A stretch of 64,000 bases of DNA, from positions 21,824,001 to 21,888,000 of the forward strand of contig NW_027266264.1 in assembly GCF_022045235.1 (NCBI RefSeq). The letters run 5' to 3'. Numbering within the stretch: position 1 is the stretch's first letter; every line of letters starts with the position of its first letter. This DNA is from Haliotis cracherodii. Taxonomy: Eukaryota. Shown here in pieces: positions 35,071 through 50,109 of this stretch. Below the pieces are notes generated by a model. That model saw only the letters and a program-made list of their open reading frames with translations. It ran no database searches and was not told the DNA's origin. The translations under genes were made by a program, and so were the position numbers.

Positions 35071-37934
35071 TGTGTCATGCAGTCATGCAGCCACGTCCCC
35101 ATGGTGACTTGCATTAGCAGACTAATAGATCTTCAGCTGAGGGTGAAATCCAGCATGAAAATTGTGCGCAGTAAGTTGAAACATGCCGAAGGCCCCGTTG
35201 TAGGGCTTTACTTTCCCTTCTCTTCCCTTCCCTTCCCTGCCAGACCAGCACCAACTCCCACTGTCCTAGAGCTATGGTACATCATAAGCACACAGAGATA
35301 GACAAGGCACATACAGTAACGAACTACTTGACTCTCTTCCAAAGACACTCCCCCAAGTAATAAGGACTTAGAAGGTCGTCAGTCAGAGATGCTGAATTAC
35401 CCCAACTGGGACTAATTAGGCCTACTGTTAGTGACCATTAGTGTAGGATTACAGAAATAACCACTTACTATGTAGTAATGACAAAGGATAGTTCACACGG
35501 GTCAATGACACTTAGACGTGTAAAAGTTTTACAGATTATGATACTGACATATCAGTGAAATAACATGTTGGTTTGTTTATATTACACCTCTAACTTCTTT
35601 CGAAACTGGGTTAAATATTATGCATGATTTGGAACCATCACAGGTGGATACGATGGAATGTTCAAGACATCTAAATGGGACTGAAGGAAACGTCTCATTA
35701 TGAGGGAGGAGGTGAGTCAGTTTGGTTTAATGCCGCTTAGGACAGTATTGCAGTTATACTCCACAGGGAGATGAGAATGGATACAACGTGTGTACACAGA
35801 TCCAGTGACCGAGCTAATGATAATGTAGCAGCATGATCATTCACTATAAGTGGAATTTGGCGCTTAGGTCAATGGGCTGTCGTGCTGACAAACCTGGAGA
35901 CAGGAGGGATTTGAAACCAAAACAATTTCTGATTTCTGCAAAGCCAAAGGAACGTGACTTCGCAGAGGACGAGCATTTGGAGGATTGTTGGGGGAAATGT
36001 TACTTCTGCGGAGTAAGGGTATATAAATTGTAATATCACTCGCAGGATGGAAAAAGTACCATATTTGATCCACGTTCTAATTCTAAACTACATCCTAGTA
36101 CTTAAGGGAATCTCTAAACGGATATATGATCCGCTTGTATCCGGTTTCAACCAGGAGTCGCTTAGACGTCACTCGGCTCTATATACGGTACACAACACAA
36201 AGGTCAATTTTGTGCTGATTTGAAGACAAATCTACAACATCAGGTTCAAGAGCTTCCAACACAACTGATACCGTTTATATATTAGCCATATCCATTTCAT
36301 TGTTAAAACACTCCAAACAGAGTATTGCCATTTGGTGAAGTCAGATCCATTCCACCTATAATTAAGCCATACGCTCGACACAAATCCTTTTCCCTCGGTT
36401 GTAATTGAAATTTCCATTTCAACAATTGCCACGTGAAACTATCAAATTAATAGAACTATGATGCGCGTTGAGAGCTGTTTATTTATATACACAGTAACTG
36501 CGTTGGATGATAGCCGTTTCAACAATCGATATCGTGCAACTGTGCGGAGCCTGTCCTCTCACGTTAGAAATTCCTTGAAATTCAACACAATGAGTCTAAA
36601 TAAAACACAAAACTGTGTCACTTCAGATGTGGAATGATTTACAGAGTTCAGTACAATTGAACTGGAACAAATAAGAACATTGGTGCTGGTTTGGTTCTTA
36701 ATAGGATCTCAAGTTTAGTATATCGAGGTGTGTATCGCTGGGTAAGGTTAATCGCATCACAAGACAGATGACGTCATACTTTAACATTGTCGTCAGGAGC
36801 ATTATTGTTTCATGGAGGACGTACACGTGAGAATATTAAGACTTTTTATTTTATCTTTTTATTCACATGTTTGTTGAAAATATTTGCGTGGCATAAGTAT
36901 ATATTTATGTATGTAAGCGGATGCAAATAACATTCAGTGAGAGTATTTAATCCCATAATGATTGAAAAATATGAAAGGTCAAGAAGGATTTTTTACGATG
37001 AGAGAGTGAGTGAGTGAGTCAGTCAGTGAGTGTGTGGTATTTTACGTTTTTCTAACGATATTCCGGCAATATTACTGCTAAAGACACCGGATGTGGAGAA
37101 GCGAACCTTTCCATTCGGCGAGACGAGAAACTGCTTTCACCACTATGCCACTCCTACGAACATCAATGCCATGAGCAGACTGAATCTGCAGAGGGTGTCA
37201 GCTAGCAGGGACACCTTTAAATTCATCTTGTTGTCAAGGTATCACGGCATAATCGCATTTACAACAGTAGCCAGACAATACTGGCACGTCGCCCACAAAA
37301 AAGATGTAGCCGCAATCCTGACACGTCACGATTGAAGAACATATGTAGTTGTCTGTATGTTACGATTTTTTTACGTACGTCATTTAGATACATACTAAAA
37401 TAACACATTGGTTATGAGAGGATTTAACTGCTCTCAAAATCCTACGATCTTTCTGCCAGTGCAAAGTCGGACACAGTCAAACATAATTTTTATCCAATTC
37501 TCCGAGCCTTGGCAAACATCGTTACCGTTCTTTGAATATTGAATGTTATAAGGGCGTTATGTTGGACAATGACATTTCGGTAAATATTGACGATGATATG
37601 GTAACGGTGTTTTTTAAATAGTGGCGATGGTGCTAATAATGGCGGTGTTGTAAATAGTGTCAGAAGAGTGAATTGTGACAATAACGTGAACCCTCACCAC
37701 ATGGAAACTAATGATCGTGAGAGTGAATAACGAGGGTAGAACGGCGATTGTATGGAAACCCATGTAGAGTGAATTGAGAACGTATGGTGAACGGTCAATG
37801 ACGTTCAGGGTGAATTATAATTGTAGAATACACTATGACAAACGTTCATTGTACATCTTCGATAGACATGACCTCTCTTCAGGATGAACATGCCAGCACA
37901 ACCTGGTAACAAATCCATGTAGGATAATACAGAA

Positions 37935-38745
37935 TATCCCTGAAGGATGGACGTGCTCTCTCCGCGGGAGATCCCAGTAAGAGGTACTTCTCGCATGGCG
38001 GGAGATGCCTGAAGGATGTACTTCTCGCATGGCAGGAGATGCCTGAAGGATGGACTTCTCGCATGATGGGAGATCCCTGTATGATGTACTTCTCGCATGC
38101 CGGGGGATAACTGTAGGATAGACTTCTCGCATTGCGGGATATCCCTGTAGGATGTACTTCTCGCATGATGGGAGATCCCTGTAGGATGTACTTCTCGCAT
38201 GGCAGGAGATCCCTGTTTAATGTACTTCTCGCATGGGGGGGATCCCTGTAGGATGTACTGCTCGCATGGCGGGAGATCCCTGTAGGATGTACTTCTCGCA
38301 TGATGGGAGATCCCTGTAGGATGTATTTCTCGCATGACGGAAGATCCCTGTAGGATGTACTGCTCGCATGATGGGAGATCCCTGTAGGATGTACTGCTCG
38401 CATGACGTAAGATCCCTGTAGGATGTACTGCTCGCATGACGGAAGATCCCTGTAGGATGTACTTCTCGCATGATGGGAGATCCCTGTAGGATGTACTTCT
38501 CGCATGATGGGAGATCCCTGTAGGATGTACTTCTCGCATGGCGGGAGATCCCTGTAGGATGTACTTCTCGCATGGCGGGAGATCCGTGTAGGATGTACTG
38601 CTCGCATGACGTAAGATCCCTGTAGGATGTACTGCTCGCATGACGGAAGATCAGTGTAGGATGTACTTCTCGCATGACGGGAGATCCCTGTAGGATGGAC
38701 TTCTCGGGTGGCGGGAGATCCCTGTAGGGTGGACTTCTGTAGGAT
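37935..38745 (+). repeat. 34-bp minisatellite (~24 copies)
   Basis: Unit gggagatccctgtaggatgtacttctcgcatgat. Confidence 0.95.
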
Positions 38746-39299
38746 GATCATACCTATACGTGTTGCCAATTACAAACATTCATTTTCATGTATTACAATA
38801 ACAGTCTCAGTCATACCAGCAGAAACATATCAGTGTGTGTTCTAACTGCAACCTGAATGTTGAACCTGTACGCCCGCCACTTTGTGGCTGCGATGTTTTA
38901 TATCACAAACCGACATCTCAACCAGACACTGGGCAACTCTTTTAACCAGAGTTCACTACAAATCTTCCCAATAAATACAAATTTAAATGTCCGTGGTGGG
39001 GGATCGTCTATGAGGCTGTGTGTTTATGAACATTGGCTTCGATCTCCTCGCCCAGTCGGTACAGTTTATGGTTCGTATTTCCTGGCGGTTCATTGACTGC
39101 TCATCGGCGCGTCCATCTCATAAACAGCCAATACACCAACACCAGTTTACTGATAACTATCTTTATGTGCAGAGAGAGCTATACATTTGCTTAACTGTTG
39201 CAAGGAATTCAAATGCAGTGCCACCCCTGTCGACTAACAAACCCCCGTAAGGCCATGTAGACACAAACGGCCTCTACATTCATGTCAACTACACAAGCG

Positions 39300-39995
39300 C
39301 CATACAGAGCCTCTAGCTGCCACTACGTCGACTACATCAGCGCGTTTAGACACTAGCAGCGTCATATTGACACGAGCAGGTCTAAATCTACTACATCAGC
39401 TCCACATAGACACTAGCAGTCTCTATATCGACTACATCAGCGCCATGTTGACACTAGCAGTCTCTATATCGACTACATCAGCGCCATGTTGACACTAACA
39501 GTCTCTATATCGACTACATCAGCGCATATAGACACTAGCAGCACTATAAGGACTACATCAGCGCCATGTTGACACTAGCAGTCTCTATATCGACTACATC
39601 AGCGCCATGTTGACACTAACAGTCTCTATATCGACTACATCAGCGCATATAGACACTAGCAGCACTATATGGACTACATCAGCGCCATATTGACACTAGC
39701 AGCTCCGTGTCGACTACATTAGCGCCATATTGACACTAGCAGCACTATATGGACTACATCAGCGCCATATTGACACTAGCAGCTCTATGTCGACTACATC
39801 AGCGCCATATTGACACTCGCGGCTCTATGTCGACTACATCAGCGCCATATTGACACTCGCGGCTCTATGTCGACTACATCAGCGCCATATTGACACTCAC
39901 AGTCCTATGTCGACTATATCAGCGCCATATAGAGATACTAACAGCCTCTATATTTACTACTTCAGCGCTATACAGCAGCCACTATGTCGACTACC
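39300..39995 (+). repeat. 41-bp minisatellite (~16 copies, degenerate edges)
   Basis: Unit gacactagcagtctctatatcgactacatcagcgccatgtt. Confidence 0.95.
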
Positions 39996-41644
39996 TACGC
40001 TTTTCGTGACTCTAGCTACCCGATGTGTCGGGTACACCTGTGTATGGACGTTACCATGGTTCCCGTCTGTGTCTATGTGATCTGATTATGGATGTACGAA
40101 GCAATATCATTAGGTATATACTTAACAGTCCAACTGGACATTGTTGTTCCGAGAATAGGAATGCAATCGTGATCGGTTTCATTTCCATGAACTTTAGTTT
40201 TTGGATGACTTATGTATGATCCTTCCGAAGGTTAACTCGCAGGTCCTGTTCTTCATCAAGTTATCAACTACTCGTACCCTTTACCGAAATAATTATGTTT
40301 CAAAACAATTATTCTGTTTACTCCAAATGCACCAACATTTCGCTCTTAACATCTACTCTTGTCGCGTGGAAAAACTTGAGACTATCAGATAGAGGAAATT
40401 ATGGTTTTTTTTATCCCATCTTTTTGAACATGTCTGAAGAGAAAAACCCATGTACGATACGCACCCGTGCCAATCTACCATTGCCTGGAACAACTCCAGT
40501 TCCAATGACTGTCCCCTATCTTATAGGTCCATGCTGACATTTAATTCAGCGTTACGCCCTTTCATAGGAACGTTTTTTTCAATCGCCCCCATTCAATTAT
40601 CAGTGACATTAAACCTAGCTATGTGACAACTGAAAACACCCATGCGTTTCCCTCTCGCGCGGTTTGTTGATTTCCTTCTGGTAAAGGCAGTTCAAAGAAT
40701 CGTTTAATTAGAAACGTATTCGGTTAGAATTATAACAAGAAACATGTCTCAGTATGGAGGTTACTAGGAAACACAACTCACCACGAAACACGTCAATTGT
40801 AATAAATATTGGTACAGTTAACTGACATCAAGGGACAATCAAGTCGGGAAGCAGTGTTAATAATCCAAGACCCCCCAACACACTGTTGCACAAGAACTAT
40901 TGGATGGCTGAAAGATGCACACAGCTACAGTTGACCCTTTAATCGATGGCGCTCCATTCTATAGTGGGCAACGCTATCGGGCTTGCCACTGATTGGAAAG
41001 TGTAAATAAGCTAATTAAATCCCTGTGAAACATGATTGAATCTCAAGCAGCGTACGTCGTAATTACAAAGGTGGTTTCATGGTTTGCTACTGACAGTTAT
41101 TGTCCAAAACCGTTTTGCTTTCTATTTTAACGATTTCTATAGGTCATGTTCTTTCACAAATGTAATTCACACTCCCTTAGTCTGTGTTCATGACAATCAA
41201 TTTGTCAATCACAAAGTTTAAAATAGTTCAGAGGCTCTTCAAGCAAACAATTCGAGTAATACCCTGTATTGATCTATCACATTTTTGTAAAAGATATCCT
41301 AACGTTGTTCAACCAAGAATTCGGTAAGTGATAAAAAACATTTGCCAATTGTATGAATATTGACTAGTTTATGTCATGTTATCATATTGCCATCACGTTG
41401 TTGTGATGGTGCGCTAGCGTCACAAGTAGTATTAAACATCACCATAGAACGCCTGTGGAATCCTCTGGGTGTGGAATGCCGAACGCGAAGGCGGCATATG
41501 CGAAAAGTTTACTACAGCTAACCCTTTCCACTCAAAAGAAGCCATAGTTCTGTAACACCAGCCATTCCTTGTCGAGGTCCCCTGCGGAACATAGTTTGGA
41601 TAACACTAAGCAGACAACAGTTGGAGACGACACATTTTAATGTA

Positions 41645-41819
41645 CAGTAAACTACGGTTATAACGAACTCAAAGGGAAAACTGATTTTAGTTCGTAATAA
41701 CCGTCGTTCGTTATATGCATATATACAGCATATATTCATTAAATGTCCGGAACTAAAACATAAGTTCGTAATATCGGTCAGTTCGTTATAAGCGTGTTCG
41801 TTATAAACGTAGTTTACTG
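41645..41819. mobile_element. MITE family Y, intact copy
   Basis: TA|cagtaaactacg...cgtagtttactg|TA. Confidence 0.85.
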
Positions 41820-42547
41820 TATTGGTGTGGAGAAAAATAGGTACATAACAGTGACAGATTTGATCACTGTTTTTGTTGTTTCCCTATAATAGTCATCTCA
41901 TACACGAATCCACCAACAATGTTTATTTAACTACATGTGAGAGTTTCAGTTAATTGAACAAAAAAAACATTACCAGAACAAAAAGCCATGTAGGACCACA
42001 AAACCTGACAGGGTTTGAGAATAATTGACATCGGAAAAAAATGGCGGCTTTCTACACCCCGAATCAGATCGATTCTGTTAGGGTCCGATCTGATAAAAAA
42101 ACACTTTTCTTGTTCTCTCTTGCTGTAAATATTCAATATTTGGATGTAACCAATTATTCTCAGATTTCGGCACACGCATCATAACCATGCATTGATTTTT
42201 AGTCCTAACAAGGTTTCGTTTAATTGATCTAAAGAATCTTATGCATATAAACGCGGTTCTTGTACATAAACGGTAATGAGCCCTACGTTTGGTGTATAAT
42301 TAACACAAACAAGACGATTCTTACTATTGACGGAGCATGAACCACAAGGGCAAAAAAAAGCAAGCAGGTTATCATATTACACAAAAAATCTTTACAGAAT
42401 GAAGATGATATTCCTTTTTATCAATGTTTTATGTTTCGTGTAATGGTTGTAGACAATTTGTATTTCTGGGTGTTCTCTGTCACGTAGTAGAAGTAGATGG
42501 ATTAAATGGATTATTTACACCCCTCCGTGAAATAGCTTGAATGCGTT

Positions 42548-42695
42548 AGTGAGTTGGCATGGTTTGACGTCACTTTTAGCAATATTCCAGCAATATAACG
42601 ACGGGGAACTCCCGAAATGGGCTTCACACAATAGGCCTAATGTACCAGGGCCCGGCGTGACGAGCAGACGCGTAAACCACTAGGCTACCCCGCCG
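42548..42695 (-). mobile_element. SINE family A copy
   Basis: Reverse complement of the family A head and body. Confidence 0.7.
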
Positions 42696-43026
42696 TGATA
42701 TAGCTGGAAGATTGTTGGTGCGGCGTGAAACAACATTCTGTTACTTATCCACGAAAAGCAGATGTCGCCTCTGTCAGGAGCAGGAACAAGACTCCCGTCA
42801 AAAACAAGTATTTATATTTCAGGTAATGAACAGGTAAATTCGGTAATACTACAAACAGTTCTTGTAATAGTTGTACTTATATTTGGATTTGCGTATTTCT
42901 ATTAGCTAATTGATTAGCATATGGTGTCTAGTGGTGATGCCCACCTCCATGGTCTAGTGGATAAGGTATCTTCCCGGGGAGTAGAAAGTCGGTGGTTCGA
43001 TCCCCCGAACGCGTTAAAAGATGGTA

Positions 43027-43496
43027 CAGTAGAACACGGACAGAGCGAACAAACGCGCATAACAAACTGTAAAAAATCCCCGATTTATCTCCTAGATAAT
43101 ATCATATAAAATTTACGTACATAACGAACTCTCCATAGCGATCTAACGTACATAGCGAACTGATATCTGATCACCGACAAGCCCATCTACCACTAATTAG
43201 TGACGTGTATAGCGAACTGAGAAATCTCACTCAGTGTCAAGAGGTCACCCACTGACAATTGGCTGTACGCAATCAGAGGTGAATCAACACAATCGCGGTG
43301 ACGGTAAACTTGTGTTTCTGCCACCGAACACAACTTCCAGCCGATGGACCAGGGGATTATGCTGTAATTGCGTGTATTGTGTTTTGTTGTATCCAAGATG
43401 GCGGACGTTTCCGAGCAAAAACGTATATAACGAACAACGGATATAACGAACTGATTTCTCTGGTCCCTTGTAGTTCGATATATCCATGTTCTACTG
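43027..43496. mobile_element. Tc1/mariner-type MITE inserted into a SINE family B head
   Basis: TA|cagtagaaca.gga...tccatgttctactg|TA, with repeated ata(a/g)cgaac motifs. Confidence 0.8.
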
Positions 43497-44730
43497 TACG
43501 TATTGTACAGACAACTCCCACAACCTGGGTCCTGACATACGTTTTATACAGAAGGAATACGTTTTAATAAACGAATGCCTGATGAATTTGGTTCAACTCA
43601 GCTTGTCAGCCCTGTTGAAAGTCAGGCCGTAGTGTTGCAGGTGTAAGACGTTATGGTGGAAATCACTGGTAGGTGTGGCAAAACAAGAAACATACAGAGG
43701 GCAAAGCTGGCATTCAAACCCACCATCATAGGTTTCTGGCACCCGTAAGGTACTCAACTCTGATCAAGTCTGCGACGCCACGGGTGACGACTGTGTCCCC
43801 CATTTGAAGCGAAGAGTCCTTTTTAGACGTTTACGTGCAGTCACGCTATTTGAAACGAAGAGTATCTTTTAGAAGTATAAGTGCAGTTACAATAATCTGG
43901 CTGTAGCTATTGTTAAGTACTAGTATATCTTAAAAATATTCGTATCAAATATAATTGTTATGTATTCTTTGTTGTACGAAATACATTGAGACAATAATAA
44001 ACCGTTGCCGGTCGGCAAAGAAAGACCACCAGAGGTCTATTTATTGTATGTGTTTAAGAGATAAACGAGCTCAATTGTTGTAAAACATATTAGCATTCTG
44101 GAAAACGTGTCGAAATACATTTCCCTGACATCAAACTTTCAATTACACACCGAAGTTGTATACATGTTATTGGTAATGTTTGGCAGCTCTCTCTTTGTCC
44201 TTGGTATTTAAGCAACTATGTCCTCGTGAATAGCTGGTCGAGAATACGTCCCCGACACCCTGATCCTGGAGGGGTCAAGGGTGGCCCTGTGGTCAGAGGC
44301 GCGGCAATTCGCTGTGCAGAGGAAAACAGTGCAGAAACGTAAGATTGCGGGTTCGGAATCAGTTCGCGCCGATTATGTTGCAAGTTTGTCAGCATCAAAC
44401 CCGTCCTCGCCAATTTGCTGAAATGGTATACGCGCCCATCACTTCGGGCTTTCTGACACGCCGTGGTATAAGTGAAATTCTGTTCAAAGAGGCATTACAC
44501 GAGATTTGCCTGGCCAAGACTCACGCATGGAAAAATCTCCGTGATAAAGCTGGTTGTAAATGGAGTATTCCTGACTGTGGCGTAAAACAAACAACAAACA
44601 AATAAAACAACTATTAAAGAACATGACCCCAATTGCGACAGTTACTGCATATTCAATAGATGAGTGGGGTCATCCAATATATTCGCGCCGATTACGATCC
44701 TTCATCAACACCGTGTCATGATTTCAGATT

Positions 44731-44968
44731 TTTGTTTGTTTGTTGTTTAACTCCACCGCAGTATTCCAACTATGTGACGGTGATCTGTAATAAGTAGAAT
44801 CTGGACCAGATAATAGAATGACTGACATCATGAACATCGATCCACGCAATTGGAATTCGATGACATGTATCAACCAAGTCAGTAAGCCTGTCCCCCCGAT
44901 CCCGTTAGTCGCCTCTTAAGACAAGCATGGGTAGCCTAAGACCTATTCCACACCTGCTCTTCACGGGT
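44731..44968 (-). mobile_element. SINE family C copy
   Basis: cccgttagtcgcctctta.gacaagcatggg; tctggaccaga; (gttt)n tail. Confidence 0.8.
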
Positions 44969-45121
44969 ATTTTGAAATTTACCAAAGCAAAAACGTGTAC
45001 GGTTTGCTTAACTATTGGCTTCCCTTCCACAGTGTAGCTGACACGTAATGCTGTTTGGAGATACATCAGACACTCACTCCGACCACACACACTGGGATAT
45101 GTTTTACGTTCATTTTCAGCT

Positions 45122-45278
45122 GGGGCGGTGGGCTAGCCTAGATGTTAAAGCGTTCGTTCGTCATGCCGAAGACCCGGTTTGATTCCCCACATGAGTACAA
45201 TGTGTGTAGACAATTTCTGGTGTCCCCCGTCGTGATATTTCTGTAATATTGCTAAAAGGGCGTAAAACCATATTCACA
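45122..45278 (+). mobile_element. SINE family A copy
   Basis: ggggcggtgggctagcc...gccgaagaccc...atattgctaaaagggcgtaaaac. Confidence 0.85.
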
Positions 45279-45920
45279 CGTAAACAACATGTACAAATCC
45301 CTCCTTTTGGAATCCTTTTTATGTTGAAATAAATGTTTGTTGATTCAGGTACCATTGTTACCATTATTAGGCGTACCGTTACAACATTAATTTCCTGATT
45401 ATTACCATATCGGTCATAGTTATCGGGATTGGCGGGAAATAGAGCCAAAGCCAGGCCCATGAGGATAAATAACTGACTCCGCAACAAGAAGCGATGTATA
45501 AATATCACAGACAAATGATTTGCACCTAAAATAACTGACTAATGCTTTCTCCGTGTGATCGGCGTACACTCGCGGCACATGTCAGCTCCTACTTATGCTG
45601 TACACCTCAGACTACTTCATATAAAATCAAAAACACAATGTCAAAATCCGACTGGCATAATACAACATAATATAATACAATGAGAGCTCAAATATTGTTT
45701 ATTTGTTTGGCGATTTGATTGGTTCCAAAAATCAGAGTCAATGACGTCACGAAAGAGAGAGTAGAATCGGCGAGGATGAGTGGTTCCAGTTGTACGAGCG
45801 AGTCTGATGCCAGGGACATACTCTCTCACAACTGACAATCGCTTTTAACGATCTCTCGCCAACTGGAGGTAGCCTCTCTTGCAGAATTCACGTACCGGAT
45901 TCCATCTAGTTAGTGGAACC

Positions 45921-45980
45921 ATGGCGGAGGAATATATCGGAGAACAGGACCTGGCACAACTAATGATGGCTCCTCTGAAG
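45921..45980 (+). CDS. Candidate first coding exon of an unidentified downstream gene (MAEEYIGEQDLAQLMMAPLK)
   Basis: Kozak accATGG, AAG|gtagag donor followed by an AT-rich intron-like stretch; unique CpG-containing upstream region with TGACGTCA at 45742. No recognisable homology. Confidence 0.3.
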
Positions 45981-46674
45981 GTAGAGAAATACAACTTTCT
46001 TTGTGTTTAAAACTGGTTCAAGTTTGTTCTTAAACTTCACCTTCATTTCTGATTTTGTCATTATGAATGTTATAGATTTTGGTTCATCCTTACTAATGTT
46101 CAGAGTAACTGATAGACTGAAGGTCTGAATATATTTGAATAAATAGGACCGCCGTTTATACTTGTGTGCTGGAGATTTATATGAAAATGACATCCGTAGA
46201 CAGGGATGGTTCATCCTAAATCCCGTTAACTTTCCTCTCTACGACAAAATTATCAGGTATATGATAACGTGAAAGAATAACTCTAAGAAAACGCTGAAAA
46301 TGCTTTTAAAACATTTTTGTGTATGTCTATTTTTTAAGATATTTAAATTTGCATCGTTATTTATACACATTCTCTTTCTGTATCGGGGACGATGATGAGG
46401 CGCCATGGATGTCTTTGTTTCATTAGATATTTGAATCTGGACCTGACATATCTGGACCACGATATGTGGCTATTCGTTTCCCCTGTGCAGAATACTGACA
46501 CCAAGCTAGCACACAGTAACTGTTGATGACGCGATGCTCTATATTGGTATACCAACATCAACCTATCATTACCAAAGCGATTCTATCTAAAGGGCAGAAC
46601 AGCTTTTCACAAAGTGACCAGAGTAAACCCGATACAAATTACCCAGTTTCCTAGTTACAGGACACGTGGAATTT

Positions 46675-49330
46675 AAGAAAGGTGACAACGTGTAAACCCG
46701 TTACGGTACCCATTCTCCTTGTTACAGGACCCATGGTTAGACAAGGTGACGACGCGTCAATAGTTACGGTACCAATTCTCCTTGTTACAGAATACTTAGT
46801 TAGACAAGGTGACGAAACGTCTACCGTTACGGTAGCCATTCTCCTTGTTACAGGACACTTAGTTAGACAAGGTGACGAAACGTCTACCGTTACGGTAGCC
46901 ATTCTCCTTGTTACAGGATACTTAGTTAGACAAGGTGACGAAACGTCTACCGTTATGGTAGCCAATCTCCTTGTTGAAGACCACTTAGTTAGACAAGGTG
47001 ACGACGTGTCAAACCGTTATGGTAGCCAGTCTCCTTGTTACAGGACACTTAGTTAGACAAGGTGACGACGTGTCAAATCGTTACGGTACCCAGTCTCATT
47101 GTTACAGACCACTTAGTTAGGCAAGGTGACGACGCGCCAAAGCGTTACGGTACCCAGTCTCATTGTAACAGACCACTTAGTTAGGCAAGGTGACGACGCG
47201 TCAAATCGTTACGGTACCCAGTCTCCTTGTTACAGACCACTTAGACAAGGTGACGACGTGTCAAACCGTTACGCTACCCATTCTCCTTGTTGTAGACCGC
47301 TTAGTTAGACAAGGTGACGACGTGTCAAATCGTTACGGTAGCCATTCTCCTTGTAACAGACCACTTAGTTAGACAAGGTGACGACGTGTCAAGCGTTACG
47401 GTAGCCATTCTCCTTGTTACAGAACACTTAGTTAGACAAGGTGACGACGCCTCACCACATTACGGTAGCCATTCTCCTTGTTGTAGACCACTTAGACAAG
47501 GTGACGACGCGTCTACCGTTACGGTACCCATTCTCCTTGTTGCAGAATACTTAGTTAGACAAGGTGACGACGCGTCTACCGTTACGGTAGCCATTCTTGT
47601 TGCAGAACACTTAGTTAGACAAGGTGAGGACGCGTCCATCGTTACGGTACCCATTCTCCTTGTTGTAAACCACTTAGTTGGACAAGGTGACGACGCGTCT
47701 ATCGTTACGGTAGCCATCCTCCTTGTTGCAGAATACTTAGTTAGACAAGGTGACGAAACGTCTACCGTTACGGTAGCCATTCTCCTTGTTACAGACCACT
47801 TATACAAGGTGACGACGCGTCTACCGTTACGATACCCATTCTTTTTGTTACAGACCACTTAGTTAGACAAGGTGACGACGTGTCAAACCGTTACGGTACC
47901 CATTCTCATTGTTGCAGAATACTTAGTTAGACAAGGTGACGACGCATCAAACCGTTACGGTAGCCATTCTCCTTGTTACAGACCACTTAGTTAAACAAGG
48001 TGACGACGTGTCAAACCGTTACGGTACCCATTCTCCTTGTTACAGACCACTTAGTTAGACAAGGTGACGACGCATCTACCGTTACGATACCCATTTTTTT
48101 GTTACAGACCACTTTGTTAGACAAGGTGACGACGTGTCAAACCGTTACGGTACCCATTCTTTTTGTTACAGACCACTTAGTTAGACAAGGTGACGTCGCA
48201 TCCACCGTTACAGTAGCCATTCTCCTAGTTGTAGACCACTTAGTTAGACAAGGTGACGACGCATCCACCGTTACGGTAGCCATTCTCCTTGTTGTAGACC
48301 ACTTAGTTAGACAAGGTGACGATGCATCCACCGTTACGGTAGCCATTCTCCTTGTTGTAGACCACTTAGTTAGACAAGGTGACGACGCGTCTACCGTTAC
48401 GGTAGCCATTCTCCTTGTTGTAGACCACTTAGTTAGACAAGGTGACGACGTGTCAAACCGTTACGGTAGCCATTCTTTTTGTTACAGACCACATAGTTAG
48501 ACAAGGTGACGTCGCATCCATCGTTACGGTAGCCATTCTCCTAGTTGTGGACCACTTAGTTAGACAAGGTGACGACGCATCCAACGTTACGGTAGCCATT
48601 CTCCTTGTTGTAGACCACTTAGTTAGACAAGGTGACGACGTGTCAAACCGTTACGGTAGCCATTCTTTTTGTTACAGACCACTTAGTTAGACAAGGTGAC
48701 GTCGCATCCATCGTTACGGTAGCCATTCTCCTAGTTGTGGACCACTTAGTTAGACAAGGTGACGTCGCATCCACCGTTACGGTAGCCATTCTCCTAGTTG
48801 TAGACCACTTAGTTAGACAAGGTGACGACGCATCCACCGTTACGGTACCCATTCTCCTTGTTGTAGACCACTTAGTTAGACAAGGTGACGACGTGTCAAA
48901 CCGTTACGGTACCCATTCTTTTTGTTACAGACCACTTAGTTAGACAAGGTGACGTCGCATCCACCGTTACGGTAGCCAGTCTCCTAGTTGTAGACCACTT
49001 AGTTAGGCAAGGTGACGACTCATCCACCGTTACGGTAGCCATTCTCCTTGTTGTAGACCACTTATACGAGGTGACGACGCGTCCACCGTTACAGTAGCCA
49101 TTCTCCTTGTTGTAGACCACTTATACGAGGTGACGACGCGTCAACCGTTACGGTACCAATTCTCCTTGTTGTAGACCACTTAGTTAAACAAGGTGACGAC
49201 GCGTCCACCGTTATGGAACCCATTCTTCTTGTTCCAGAAAACCTTGTCCGATAACGCGACCACGCCGTTACTCTTAACAGTACCCAATCTCAGTGTTACA
49301 GTGCATCTGGTCAGACAAGGTGACCACGTT
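46675..49330 (+). repeat. 63/64-bp minisatellite (~42 copies)
   Basis: Unit gacaaggtgacgacgcgtctaccgttacggtagccattctccttgttacagaccacttagtta. Confidence 0.97.
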
Positions 49331-50109
49331 GTTCGACGCTCAGATGACCAGAGCCGGACATTTGATCACCTGAAGCAGAAATGGGAGATATATGATCGCA
49401 AAGACAATAAAGGTTAAAGGAGTCTTGATTTCGCCCACGTGTGTTCATCTAACATTTAAAATGATCTCCTTCACTAATATCCCCAGCAGATACAGATGTT
49501 ATGGGATTAATTTTCATTGATTTCCTGAAAAGAGAAATGTTCATGACATAGCTGTGTTGTATGAAAAATGTTATACTAACATTTCGACTCACATATACAT
49601 ATGGCGGTGACGTTTACTGTTCACTTATATCCCATTCTTATTAGCCGGAATGTCAGCATAGGTGGTTATAATGCTATGCAGTGACAATAGTCGTATTGGA
49701 GACGTGCATGGTTTACTTTGTTACGAAATTCGCATGGTTTTTTTATAATGATGTTCTTGTTTTCTTAAACTGATCAATAATTTATGTACATATTTTACCG
49801 TTCTGCTATCAAGTCATCTTTTGATATATGTCTACCTTTCAATTCATTAACTATCAAATACCTTAAAAAGACATGACTTCTGCTGCCTCACCGATATTGA
49901 TCGACGTACATGGTTATTTTGTCACAGAAATATGGAATGAAAAAACAATGACGTTCTCTTTGAGCAGAGAATTTGATTTATAGTGTGACCAATTATTGTG
50001 AGGTTTGTGTACCAGGATACACGATGTTTACACAAACTGTGCATGAGATTATCAAGTTTACACTGTTCAAAAACCGCACATGAAGTTGTGAAGTTTAGAC
50101 TGTACATAC

